44,396 nucleotides of DNA from Octopus bimaculoides (lineage: Eukaryota). Below are positions 11,108-23,344 of this stretch, piece by piece (the stretch's first letter is position 1; each line of letters begins with the position of its first letter). The position numbers and the translations under genes were made by a program. Where the stretch lies: contig NC_068988.1 in NCBI RefSeq assembly GCF_001194135.2, forward strand, positions 85,984,766-86,029,161, written 5' to 3'. Below the pieces are notes generated by a model. The model did not search any database, was not told the DNA's origin, and was given only the letters and a program-made list of their open reading frames with translations.

Positions 11108-11841
11108 AGCATTATGCATTCATGCATACGTGCATAGTACATCATACATGTATAAATGCATGGATCCACATATTTATACAACATGCAGGTATGTATCTAT
11201 AAGCATATATATGCGTGTGCGTGCGCGCGCGTGTGTGTGTATGTATACACATACATATTATACGTAGACATGCACATACATCTGAATAATATACATACAT
11301 ACATACATACATACATAAAGACATACATACATACATACATACATACAGACATACATACATACATACATACATACATACGTAAATACATGTGCATGCAAAC
11401 ATACCCACGTATCATACTATACATGCATGTATACATACCGTACATACATGTGTTGACATATATCTACATACGTCGGCTATCATGTCTAACATTTCGTTCA
11501 ATCTCTGCAAACACGGTTTTTATGGAATTGCATAAATTACTTGACAGAAATGTTTTCTCAGTAATTTGCAGTAAGTAGCTGCAGTTTACTTGAGCATAAT
11601 GCATCATTCTACAGACATTGTCACTAAACACTTAACACCTCCGCCGTCTCTGCCACAACTTGACAACCGCTGCCGCCACCACCATCATATCCTTCATCAC
11701 TGCTCCGTTCCTGCACACCCCACCGTCGTCGTATTGTGTCGCAGTGACCCTCACCGCTGAGGACTTCATTTGCATTTATCTGTTTCTGATATCGTCGTCA
11801 CCATCATGATCCTTGTTGATGTTTCTGCTGTCACTGCTACC

Positions 11842-11970
11842 ACGTAGTTCTGGATTCATTCCCACTGCGTGGAACCTTGGGGGGCAAGTGTCATGTACTA
11901 AAGCCCCCCCCCCCCCGGGACGACCAAAACCTTTCAGTGGATTTGGTTGACTGAAAGTGAAAGAAGTCTA
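11842..11970 (+). mobile_element. SINE family A, partial 5' half with a poly-C expansion
   Basis: ggattcattcccactgcgtggaaccttgggggcaagtgtc...gcccccccccccgggacgaccaaaacc...gtggatttggttg, then (GT)n and a gap. Confidence 0.75.
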
Positions 11971-13276
11971 TCATGTGTGTGTGTGTGTGTGTNNNNNNNN
12001 NNNNNNNNNNNNNNNNNNNNNNNNNNNNNNNNNNNNNNNNNNNNNNNNNNNNNNNNNNNNNNNNNNNNNNNNNNNNNNNNNNNNNNNNNNNNNNNNNNNN
12101 NNNNNNNNNNNNNNNNNNNNNNNNNNNNNNNNNNNNNNNNNNNNNNNNNNNNNNNNNNNNNNNNNNNNNNNNNNNNNNNNNNNNNNNNNNNNNNNNNNNN
12201 NNNNNNNNNNNNNNNNNNNNNNNNNNNNNNNNNNNNNNNNNNNNNNNNNNNNNNNNNNNNNNNNNNNNNNNNNNNNNNNNNNNNNNNNNNNNNNNNNNNN
12301 NNNNNNNNNNNNNNNNNNNNNNNNNNNNNNNNNNNNNNNNNNNNNNNNNNNNNNNNNNNNNNNNNNNNNNNNNNNNNNNNNNNNNNNNNNNNNNNNNNNN
12401 NNNNNNNNNNNNNNNNNNNNNNNNNNNNNNNNNNNNNNNNNNNNNNNNNNNNNNNNNNNNNNNNNNNNNNNNNNNNNNNNNNNNNNNNNNNNNNNNNNNN
12501 NNNNNNNNNNNNNNNNNNNNNNNNNNNNNNNNNNNNNNNNNNNNNNNNNNNNNNNNNNNNNNNNNNNNNNNNNNNNNNNNNNNNNNNNNNNNNNNNNNNN
12601 NNNNNNNNNNNNNNNNNNNNNNNNNNNNNNNNNNNNNNNNNNNNNNNNNNNNNNNNNNNNNNNNNNNNNNNNNNNNNNNNNNNNNNNNNNNNNNNNNNNN
12701 NNNNNNNNNNNNNNNNNNNNNNNNNNNNNNNNNNNNNNNNNNNNNNNNNNNNNNNNNNNNNNNNNNNNNNNNNNNNNNNNNNNNNNNNNNNNNNNNNNNN
12801 NNNNNNNNNNNNNNNNNNNNNNNNNNNNNNNNNNNNNNNNNNNNNNNNNNNNNNNNNNNNNNNNNNNNNNNNNNNNNNNNNNNNNNNNNNNNNNNNNNNN
12901 NNNNNNNNNNNNNNNNNNNNNNNNNNNNNNNNNNNNNNNNNNNNNNNNNNNNNNNNNNNNNNNNNTATATATATATATATATATATATATTCAACAGTAT
13001 CAACGCCAAGCAGTGTTTAGGCACAAGGGAACTTTAAGTTAGTTAAAGTATATTTGTGACACATTTAAACTTCTAAAGGCAAATTCACTGGAGTTACCCT
13101 GGAGAAAAAAAGTTCTCTCCTATGGTAGAAAGGTGACACCCAGTGAAACTTTTAGATAGAATAACAAGAGAGACGTTTAGGGCATAGTCAGTTCTGATCA
13201 AGAAGACATGTCCAAAAGACGTTTCAGCCATAACCATTTCGTCGTTCATTCAGACATAGTATATATACAAAACTAC

Positions 13277-13459
13277 TTTATTGCACATGCGTCCTTTCTT
13301 TCTAATGGCAAGAGGGTAGGAATTGATGACGCAAGTTTGGCTGCTATTTCTAGCATGTTGTTCGATTTCGTAAAAGTTCCTTCTCTCGATCGGCAGGTGA
13401 AAGCTTGTAGGGTTTGGCGATGGTAATATACAGTTTGGACAATGATGTCACACAGCTTC
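13277..13459 (-). CDS. Candidate internal exon (183 nt, phase 2-2)
   Basis: aatcag|g KLCDIIVQTVYYHRQTLQAFTCRSREGTFTKSNNMLEIAAKLASSIPTLLPLERKDACAI aa|gtagtt; phase-compatible with the 9783-9981 candidate. Splice sites only moderate. Confidence 0.35.
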
Positions 13460-13891
13460 CTGATTCAGAGAACATCCGCTGTTGTAGTAGTAGTGATATA
13501 TAAAACAGAGCGAATATGCAGCATGTTTGCGAGCTAGCAATTGTGATATGTTGAGGAGTGATGGTTGCTCAACCAAACTTTCTTTCATAATCAGGGAAGC
13601 AGAAACCGTTCTAGTAGGGGGTAAAAGAGCGAGTGTGAATCAGCAGAGTTGAGGGAGATTTGGATGTCTGTTGAGTGATTTCACACAGACGATCCCCCCC
13701 TAATTAAAAATCTGACATATTTCTTCACTGGAGTATAACGCCGGAACGAATGGATTATAGTGGTGTTTTTAAACAAGAATTATCATTATATTCTGTAATT
13801 ATGTATTCATATTCTTTATTCTCTCTCTTTCTTATTATCAATTTAATTTTACTAATTATTAGTTCTATAAAATCATGAAAAACAGCTTTAC

Positions 13892-14100
13892 CTTTAAATG
13901 TGGTTTCTTGATACACCCGAACCCCTTTCTCTCTTTGATTCCAGTGAATGATGGTGTTATTTTGTGGCGCTTGCACAAGAGAGGTTGGCCTACTGGACTC
14001 AAACAGTCTCTGCTGCAATATTTTTCTCGTTTGCCGTTCAGACTGACCAACTTTCTTAGATAGGTTGCCTTTGTCAATTCTTTCTTCTATTGGCACATGG
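13892..14100 (-). CDS. Candidate internal exon (209 nt)
   Basis: Acceptor cacttccaccataatttcaag, donor tttaaag|gtaaag; open as HVPIEERIDKG...RVYQETTFK. A second frame is also open from about 14086, so the frame is uncertain. Confidence 0.35.
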
Positions 14101-14121
14101 CTTGAAATTATGGTGGAAGTG

Positions 14122-14287
14122 ACAGGTTAATTACAGTTACCCCATTACTCAACTGGTACTTAATTTCTCGAAGGAGGAAAGATAAAGTCGATCTCCGCGG
14201 AATTTGAACTCTGAACATACAGCAAGAAATGCTACTAAGCTTTTTGTTCAGCGTGCTAACGGTTCTGCTGTCTTATCGCCTTAAGGA
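14122..14287 (-). mobile_element. SINE family B
   Basis: Minus strand: ggcgataagacagcagaaccgttagcacgc...gagttcaaattccgcggagatcgacttt...aaattaagtaccagttgagta. Confidence 0.75.
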
Positions 14288-14535
14288 GGTTTAGAATAAT
14301 AGAACAAGTGAAAAGAATTAAGAGTGAATTTTTTTCAAAAAAAAAAAAGAATAACTTTAATAATTGTATATCTTATTCGCCCGGTGGTAATGGCTAGGGG
14401 CATTTTAACTTTCATAAAACAATTACTAACGGTATACAGTAATTCTACCTCAAATACATATGTATTAGTTCAGTGAGTGACTGTACTAACGCGTGTATGT
14501 ATGTACGTGTATATGTGTGTTTGTATGTTAGTGTA

Positions 14536-14591
<56 letters not shown>

Positions 14592-14958
14592 AGTGTGCGT
14601 GTACATATGAGTTGCGGCAAAACTGTCAGTTTTCACACGTCGACAAATAAATGAATTTAGCAGCTATACTTTCATGCTTGCAGGAGGTAACTGATATATA
14701 TATATATATATATATTGGGGTTGTGAGAGGTAATGGTGTCAAGAAGACCCAAAGGTGTCAGGTAATGATGAGTAAGTGCTATGGACAGACTATAGTTAAG
14801 CTCCAGGTTTGGTGGTTATGCGAATGAGTCCAACGTCGGTCATACATCAGCATATATATGCAAATCTCAAGTCTGTTTTCATTCCTCCACTTCACTCTCT
14901 ATTTCATATCTTCTCTAGAATAACTATTGCTTAACCATTTTCTCACACCGTCTCCAAT

Positions 14959-15011
<53 letters not shown>

Positions 15012-15088
15012 CATATACATACATTATTCATATACAAATATATAAATAAAGGTTATCTACATACACATATTCATATCTCTAGGTATGC

Positions 15089-15140
<52 letters not shown>

Positions 15141-16063
15141 ATGCATACACACACACGCACTCACTCACACACGCAACGTACACATACATATATAGAAATA
15201 TATGTAAAACATGAATTTTGTGAAGAATTCGAGATATGAACTCAAACATATTATCCGCCTATCCAAACACAAGTTCACTGCAATGCTGTGCATAAAACAG
15301 TCAAAAGATGACTATGTTCTTGAAAGTTTGTAATCCATTGACTGAGACAGTTTCTACAGCAGCTTCCGTAAGCATATTTCATTTGACGATAACTAAATGC
15401 CGAAACTCCTGTCCATTATTGAATGTTTGCCCTGAGATTAGATATTTAAGAGACGTGTAAAAGTGTAAAAGTACTAATTCTTGTTCTACAACTTTCTTGA
15501 CGTGACAATAGCGACATACTGAACTCCGACGAGCTGAATGAAGTATGTGTGTATTCTATTGTTTTATAGAGTGCTGCTCTGAGAGACTAAACTCTGTGAT
15601 ATACATAAGAGGAATTCCAGGGACTACATGACGAAAGTATGCATATTTTCACACATATTTACTAAAAAATATCACACATATACACACTCGCACACATACA
15701 CATATTCACAAAAACACACACATATATGCATATTCACACACAATATACGTGCGCGCGTATATATTCATAAATACATATATACTTACATGCATATATATAC
15801 AGAAAAATGTATGCATTGCAAACGTGTGCTGATGAACTGCAATTTAAGGTGAAATCACGTGATACTAAAAGTGCGATCCACCGGTGCTGACGAAATTTCG
15901 TCAACCGATATAATCTGTGCTTTTTGCCATTTGTCGTTTGCAAGAGATGTTTTCTCGAGACGTCTATCGTAGCCTACGGCATTCCAAGCAACACATTTAA
16001 ATTACGTTGGATGTGTTAATTAATATTAGTTGGAATGACTGCTTCTCTCACTAATTAGCTTAA

Positions 16064-16100
<37 letters not shown>

Positions 16101-16102
<2 letters not shown>

Positions 16103-16254
16103 CGGGTAGGTGCTGAAAAGTTCCTAGCTTTAAGGGTATCGCGAAGGGCCTAACTCCTTTACAAGGCTTAGAAAACTTGTAGGACCACTGCAATAAGTGT
16201 ATGAATCTGAGAAGGGAATACGATGAATAAAATCATAATTAACTGATCCTCCTG
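16101..16254 (+). mobile_element. mariner-derived MITE, right end lost in a gap
   Basis: TA then a mariner-type terminus tacgggtaggtgctgaaaagttcct; internal remnant of the transposase C-terminal coding region (...aataagtgtatgaatctgagaagggaatacgatgaataaaa). Confidence 0.7.
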
Positions 16255-16447
16255 NNNNNNNNNNNNNNNNNNNNNNNNNNNNNNNNNNNNNNNNNNNNNN
16301 NNNNNNNNNNNNNNNNNNNNNNNNNNNNNNNNNNNNNNNNNNNNNNNNNNNNNNNNNNNNNNNNNNNNNNNNNNNNNNNNNNNNNNNNNNNNNNNNNNNN
16401 NNNNNNNNNNNNNNNNNNNNNNNNNNTACACACACACACAAACACAC

Positions 16448-16478
<31 letters not shown>

Positions 16479-16490
16479 CGCACGCACACA

Positions 16491-17305
16491 CAGGTGGGTA
16501 AATTGTCGCCATTTTATAATTTTAATTTTGCGCATGCACACTGCTTGTAGGGTTAGTTGGGCATCGTCTGTAACAAAAACAGCACCATGTAATTTGGAAA
16601 CTACATGCTGTACTGCTTGGCATTCGTGCTGGAAGCTCCTATACGAACATTTCAGAATATTTGGATCTCAATCTGAGCGCAGTGCAATCTGGGGACATGT
16701 ACTGAGAGTGATAAAAATCAGACATCCAGTCAACATCAGGGTGTTTGGAGTGATCACTAGTGATGGCTATGTTATGCCTCCATTCATCTTTCCACACGGC
16801 CTCAGACTCAACACGGAGACCTACATCAAGTGCCTGGAGGACGTAGTGCTGCCCTGGGTCAAGAGAGTGGCTGCTGGAAGACCCTACGTCTGGCAACAGA
16901 AATCTGCACCATGCCACACAAGCAGGAGAACCCAGTCGTGATTGTCAGACAATTTCTGCGACCACATCACCCATCTAACTCCCCAGACTGCAACCCCCTT
17001 GATTATTATGTGCAGGGTGCAGTTGAGCGAGAGACCAAGAAAACTCTTTGTAACACTAAATATGAACTGAAGGCAAGGATTATGACAGTATTCACCACCT
17101 TAAACAAGGAGAGCGTCTAGAAGAGTTGCAGGAGATTCGGAAGTGCTCTGGAGGTCGTAGTTGAAGTCAATGGCGATTTTATTGAATAAATTTGCTTTTT
17201 AGTATTTCAAGATATTTTAATGTAATTTTGGTAAATATATCTATTAAAATGAGATGTCAGTGGTCTTTTCATTTTTGTGTAATTTAGACGACAGTTTAAT
17301 ACACG

Positions 17306-17311
<6 letters not shown>
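16491..17311 (+). mobile_element. Internally deleted Tc1/mariner element, maT (DD37D)-like
   Basis: HPVNIRVFGVITSDG.VMPPFIFPHGLRLNTETYIKCLEDVVLPWVK...YVWQQKSAPCHTSRRTQS...SNSPDCNPLDYY...LKARI...NGDFIE*. Degenerate TIRs caggtgggtaaattgtcgcc / gacgacagtttaatacacgtaccct; the N-terminal half is deleted. Confidence 0.88.
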
Positions 17312-17383
<72 letters not shown>

Positions 17384-18307
17384 TTGTATGTATGTATATA
17401 TATACATATACATATATATGTGTGTGAGCGTGTGTGTGTATTATGTATACATATATATATAGGTATATACATATGTATACCGTTTTCTATGTCTCTTTCT
17501 CTTTTTCTCTCTCCTTGCTCACACGTGACCATCGTCCATCTTTCTTTACTTCACATGACCATCTTTCTTTTCCTCCAAGACGTCCTAAGGACTGGACACC
17601 TTCAATCTCTCACTTCTATCTTTTCTATTTTAAAAAATAATATTCCTCCATCGTTCATTATTTTACCCTCCTTCTGGTATACCTCCATCTTTGTTTTCGT
17701 TCGGTTTCCTTGTATGTCTCCACTGTCCTCTTTTTGTTCCCAACTTTGTCCTTCCATAAACCCCAAATTTTATTTTGGTATTTATGGGAGCAACTGTCTT
17801 CGAAGGCTCATATTGTCGTTCAATGCTCGAAAGAAGAGTAGACAGACAGCCAACAACTGGTGAAGGGTCGTTCTTTCTGTTATTTGTCCTGTTTTCCATT
17901 TTTTCTCGCCTTGTTTGCGTTTTTAGTTAATTTGTTTTCGTATTTCATGTTGTTTACATTTGGTAACGTCCTGTACTCATATATATATAATATATATATA
18001 TGTATGCATATGTATATACATATNNNNNNNNNNNNNNNNNNNNNNNNNNNNNNNNNNNNNNNNNNNNNNNNNNNNNNNNNNNNNNNNNNNNNNNNNNNNN
18101 NNNNNNNNNNNNNNNNNNNNNNNNNNNNNNNNNNNNNNNNNNNNNNNNNNNNNNNNNNNNNNNNNNNNNNNNNNNNNNNNNNNNNNNNNNNNNNNNNNNN
18201 NNNNNNNNNNNNNNNNNNNNNNNNNNNNNNNNNNNNNNNNNNNNNNNNNNNNNNNNNNNNNNNNNNNNNNNNNNNNNNNNNNNNNNNNNNNNNNNNNNNN
18301 NNNNNNN

Positions 18308-18349
<42 letters not shown>

Positions 18350-18356
<7 letters not shown>

Positions 18357-19995
18357 CTGGCAATAGATAACGTAGATGCAAACTCACAGCTGCTGGCTCG
18401 ATGGATTCCAAACAACCTTTCTCAAGTTATACAAACGAGCCCTTGCAAAACCCCTCCCTGCATCTTCTCCAGAGCTTCCTTGCAAATGCTGAGCTCCCAG
18501 GCAAACTGTAGGAGGGAATAATAAGCCCTATTCTTAAAGGAGGAAGCAAAGCAGATGCTAAAAGCTATCGGCTTACCTCTCTGACCTCGCACATCGGCAA
18601 AGTCATGGAACGAATAGTCCGGATGAAATTAATTGCATTCCTTAATGAGAATGGCTTACTGACTGACATTCAGCGTGATTTTCGACGAGGTAGAAGCTGC
18701 ATGGTACAGGTCTTTCAGCACTATGACTGTGTGATAAAGCAACTGCTCAACAACTCAAATGTGGGCGTGATATATCTCGACTTTGCAAAAGCCCTTTATA
18801 AAGTCAACCACAGTATGATATATCACAAGCTGCGTAATTTTGGCATAGTCGGGAAACTTGGAGAATGGCTACATGACTTCCTAAAAGATAGAAGTCAGAT
18901 AGTGGTGGCCAGCGAGGCCACCTTCAAGGTGACACAAATAATGTGTTGTGTTCCACGGGGCACTGTCTTGGGGCCGCTGCTATTCATAGTGACCCTCTCA
19001 GTCATACGCTCAGTGGCTCGGGTAGCCATCCTTGCTAGCTACGCAGATGACACTAAAGTCTCGCAGAGGATACAGAATCCTGGAGGCGTTGCGCATCTAC
19101 AACGAGGGTTGACCCGCAATATACTGGTGGACTGAGGACAATAACATGCAGTTTTGTGCCGGAAAATTCCAAGCTCTGCGCTACCAACACACGAAGGTCA
19201 ATGAAAAGCAGATAGGGTACACTGGCCCAGGAGGAAATGCAATCGCTGAATCAAATTCAGTGCACGACTCGGGCATCGACATGAATAATGATGCATCTTT
19301 ATCAGTGCACATTACTAAATTGGCAATAAAATGCAGACAGTTGGCCGGATGGATCCTACGAACATTCAGGACGAGAGAGCAAGAAACCATGATGGTCTTC
19401 TGGAGGACATTCGACCTCATCGTTTGGATTACTGCTTCCAACTATGATCACCAACAGTGTAAAATAAAAGACGGAACTCAAAGCATTCCAGCGAAGCTAC
19501 ACAAAGAAGATCGTCTCGATGCGACATGTCAGCTTCGAGGAGAGACTGAAAAATACTCTACTCTAGTTTAAAGGCGGGAAAGATACACAGAAATATATAC
19601 CTGGAAAACTTATACCAAACTTTGGTGTTGTTACTTACACAAACAGCAGGACGGGGTGCCACTGCATAGTACCCCAAATCCCAACATTGCCATCAGATAC
19701 CGAACCAGATACTGCAACAGCTTGGGCTTCAAGGTCTTACAGTTCTTCAATATACTCCCACAAAGCCTGAGAGACCTCCATGGAGTGGATGTAGGCGTCT
19801 TCAAAACAAAACTGGGTCTCCTCCAGTCAAAAGTTCCAGATGAACCTACTTCGCGTAAAGAAATGCAGACGAGGGTAGCAACTTCAAACTAACCTCATTC
19901 AGCAAATGCCACAGATCAAAGGAGGTTTTAGTGAAAGTAGGTAAGCAAGCGGCTATGCCCCAGCATGGCCGCAGGTCTCGAGCTAAAAAAGGAAA
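18350..19995 (+). mobile_element. CR1-clade LINE, 5'-truncated, RT domain plus 3' UTR, frameshifted
   Basis: ISPILKGGSKADAKSYRLTSLTSHIGKVMERIV...RGRSC...IYLDFAKA.YKVNH...VPRGTVLGPLLF...YADDTK...NNMQF...KFQAL...FKTKL..L.SKVPDEP. Confidence 0.92.
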
Positions 19996-20889
19996 ATTAT
20001 ACATATTTATATATNNNNNNNNNNNNNNNNNNNNNNNNNNNNNNNNNNNNNNNNNNNNNNNNNNNNNNNNNNNNNNNNNNNNNNNNNNNNNNNNNNNNNN
20101 NNNNNNNNNNNNNNNNNNNNNNNNNNNNNNNNNNNNNNNNNNNNNNNNNNNNNNNNNNNNNNNNNNNNNNNNNNNNNNNNNNNNNNNNNNNNNNNNNNNN
20201 NNNNNNNNNNNNNNNNNNNNNNNNNNNNNNNNNNNNNNNNNNNNNNNNNNNNNNNNNNNNNNNNNNNNNNNNNNNNNNNNNNNNNNNNNNNNNNNNNNNN
20301 NNNNNNNNNNNNNNNNNNNNNNNNNNNNNNNNNNNNNNNNNNNNNNNNNNNNNNNNNNNNNNNNNNNNNNNNNNNNNNNNNNNNNTTATGTATGTATATG
20401 TATATATATCGGTTAGTCGAGGTCATAATACATTTGATAATAAGTCTACTAAATCAATGCTGACCTAGGTGGTAAACAGTAACAACAACAACGTTACAAT
20501 TATTCCCAGAGTGTTCATATCTTTTACTTCATTCGAATCTATTCGCTTCTATTCCTGCTCTGTCCTATTCTATTCTATTCTCCTCTTCAGTATTTTAGTG
20601 GAAATCGTGGGAAAATATTGGACGAGGGAAACTTCAGCCTGTTTACTGAATCACAACTTTCAATAATAACATGTAATTGAATGTTACATTCTACAGTTTG
20701 TTCTTGCCACACGTACACACACACAAACACACACACACACGCACACACACAAACACAAACACAAACACACACACACAGAGAAACAAAAGCATACACACAA
20801 ACATACAAATACCCATGTATAAATATATAAATGCACAGACGTTCAGATAAACACAGACCTACGCAGGCATTCACACTGAAAGTCTCTTT

Positions 20890-21168
20890 TCCTTCTCTCT
20901 GTCCATTTCTCTCTCTCTCTCTCTCTATCTCTATCTCTCTCTCTCCCTCTCTCTCTCTCTCCCTCTCTCTCTCTCTCCCTCTCTCTCTTTCTCTTTCTCT
21001 CTCTTTCATCTCTATCTCTCATTCATTTTCCTCTGTCTCTAATTGTTGCCCTCTCTCTTTCCCTCTTTCCCTCTCTTTACTTTTCTCAACTACTTCTGTC
21101 AACCACTCTCTCTCCCTCTCACTATTTTCCTCAATCACTCTCTCTTCCCCTCTCACCCTTCTCTTAGC

Positions 21169-21199
<31 letters not shown>

Positions 21200-21229
21200 T
21201 CTATCTCTCTAGTTATCTATCTCTCTATC

Positions 21230-21324
<95 letters not shown>

Positions 21325-21379
21325 ACCTATCTATCTATCTACCTATCTATCTCTCTATCTCTCTATCTATCTATCTATC

Positions 21380-21474
<95 letters not shown>

Positions 21475-21500
21475 CTATCATTCTATCTATTCATCTTTCT
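20890..21500. repeat. About 600-bp (CT)n/(CTAT)n polypyrimidine tract
   Basis: Directly visible; followed by a purine-rich stretch at about 21640-22080. Confidence 0.95.
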
Positions 21501-22344
21501 TTCTATCACTAGCTCTCTTCCATTAATTCAGACATCAGAAATGGGAAAAATCTTGGCTCCATGTGGATACACCACACTCAGAGTCTGTCTCTGTGTGAGA
21601 ATTCTGAAAATTCTGAACTGAGAAGGATAGAATATATATATGTGTGTATGTACGGATGAGCTTGAGATATAGAAAGGGATGAAAGAGGTATAGAAGAAGA
21701 GAGATGAGGTAAGAGGTAAAGAAAACGAGAGAGTAGGGAGCAAGTTGATGGATAGACATCCACGTATAGGTGGAAAGCGGGGTGAATTTAGAGAATCGGG
21801 TTTATAGATAGAGAGAAGACAAATTGTGGGAAATAGATAAGAGAGAGACGAGGAGATAAAGAGGGGTAATGATAGAAACCATGTTTTAAAGGAGGGAGAA
21901 GGAAAGAGAGAGCCGAAGTGAGAGTAGGTAGAGATAATCAATAGACATACTACTTAAAAGGAAAGGACAGAGATATGAGAGTTGGGGTAATACGAAGGTG
22001 AGTTAGAGGGAATTATATGTGCCAACTACAGGAAAGGAAAGTGAATGAAGGAGGCAGAAAGACAGAGGGCGAAGCATGAGAGGCAAAAGTACTTCTGACA
22101 TCTGTGTGGTTATGTTGCCCACGAATGTTCTGATATTTGAATGTCTACATATGTCTGTGCGTGCGTACATTTGATTGTGGTGGCACGGCATGGTTCCAAC
22201 TAGTAGGTTGGAACCATTGAAAGACTAAAAGAATTAGTGCTTGTCAAGTCTTCAGTTACCCTCAAGGAGCAACCAATGTTTTGTTACGGTTTAATTATAT
22301 AATACACTTGGTGGCAGGTATGGGTGTTGGATACAGCTCATACG

Positions 22345-22605
22345 GGATATCATACTTATCTATCATAGCTAACATTCCCTAAGTAATGGCGTGGTGTATA
22401 GTGTTACCAACAGCTACGGAAAGTGAGGTAATGTAGAATATAGTGCACGTTCCAGAAGCGTCAAATAAATATTCTCTTGGATATGACATCAGTCTATCAC
22501 AGCTAACATTGCTCGAATACCGTGATAGTATATATTCTTATCAACAACTAGGTGAAATTGAGGTAAGTTAGAATATAGTGTGCTGTCCAGACCGACATAT
22601 AGAGC
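22345..22605. repeat. Diverged tandem duplication, about 134-bp unit x2
   Basis: ggatat...tctatca.agctaacatt...caaca.cta...gaa..tgaggtaa..tagaatatagtg recurs at an offset of 134-135 nt. Confidence 0.8.
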
Positions 22606-23297
22606 ATGTGAAATAAATAGTCCCTAAATAATACGGTGGATTCAGTTGTTATTTCCAGCAGACCGAATGACCATGTAGAGGTTGCTTTTGTTAATTCGTT
22701 GTGTACAAGTAAATAGTGGTATGACACACTCTTTATCGTTTGACATATTACATGGGTTTGAGCAATTAGGCAACAGCTATGACACAAATATAAGTTAAAC
22801 AGTTAAGCTTGTAGCTGTGGTATGATTATCATGATGAATAATCCAAGTGTAATAACAAGCTGAGAAGAAAAAAGCATTATCTTCAACAATCTTTATTGAT
22901 AACAATAAACAGTTTATCCATCCATCCATCCATCCGTCTGTCCATCCGTCCATGCATCCGTCCGTCCAACTTCTCCGCCCGCGATTCTTTGAAGGATCGT
23001 ATAAAGCTGAATCCTCTGTCACCTCCTCCATTGAGTCCCATCAGAAGCAACAGTCATCAGCCTTTCTGGTTAGATTCCAAAAACGCAACCAACTGAGACT
23101 ATGGATAGTATCCAACTACCTCGTCCTTTCTCTACTCTTAGGTCTTCTGCCGGTTGGCTCGGTATTCCTGCGACATTCCAATGTCGAGGCGGAGCAATGT
23201 CTCAGTTTCCGCAACGCTACTGCTCAACTATGCCTTGTAACACTTCGGTAGCAAACCTATTCAGTGCATGCTGGAGATCACTTTCTGATGAGCCATA

Positions 23298-23328
<31 letters not shown>

Positions 23329-23344
23329 GCGCGCGTATATTCTA

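Noticed and set aside
13195-13270. Minus-strand CTGAATGA...GAAACGTC, hammerhead-like
   Set aside because: The core has an extra base and neither stem II nor stem I forms convincingly.
15569-15636. + strand AG...GT segment that looks like an exon
   Set aside because: Stop codons in all three frames.
23314-23335. (CG)n run after (CA)n with Z-DNA potential
   Set aside because: Short, and a common by-product of (CA)n tracts here (also near 610-640).
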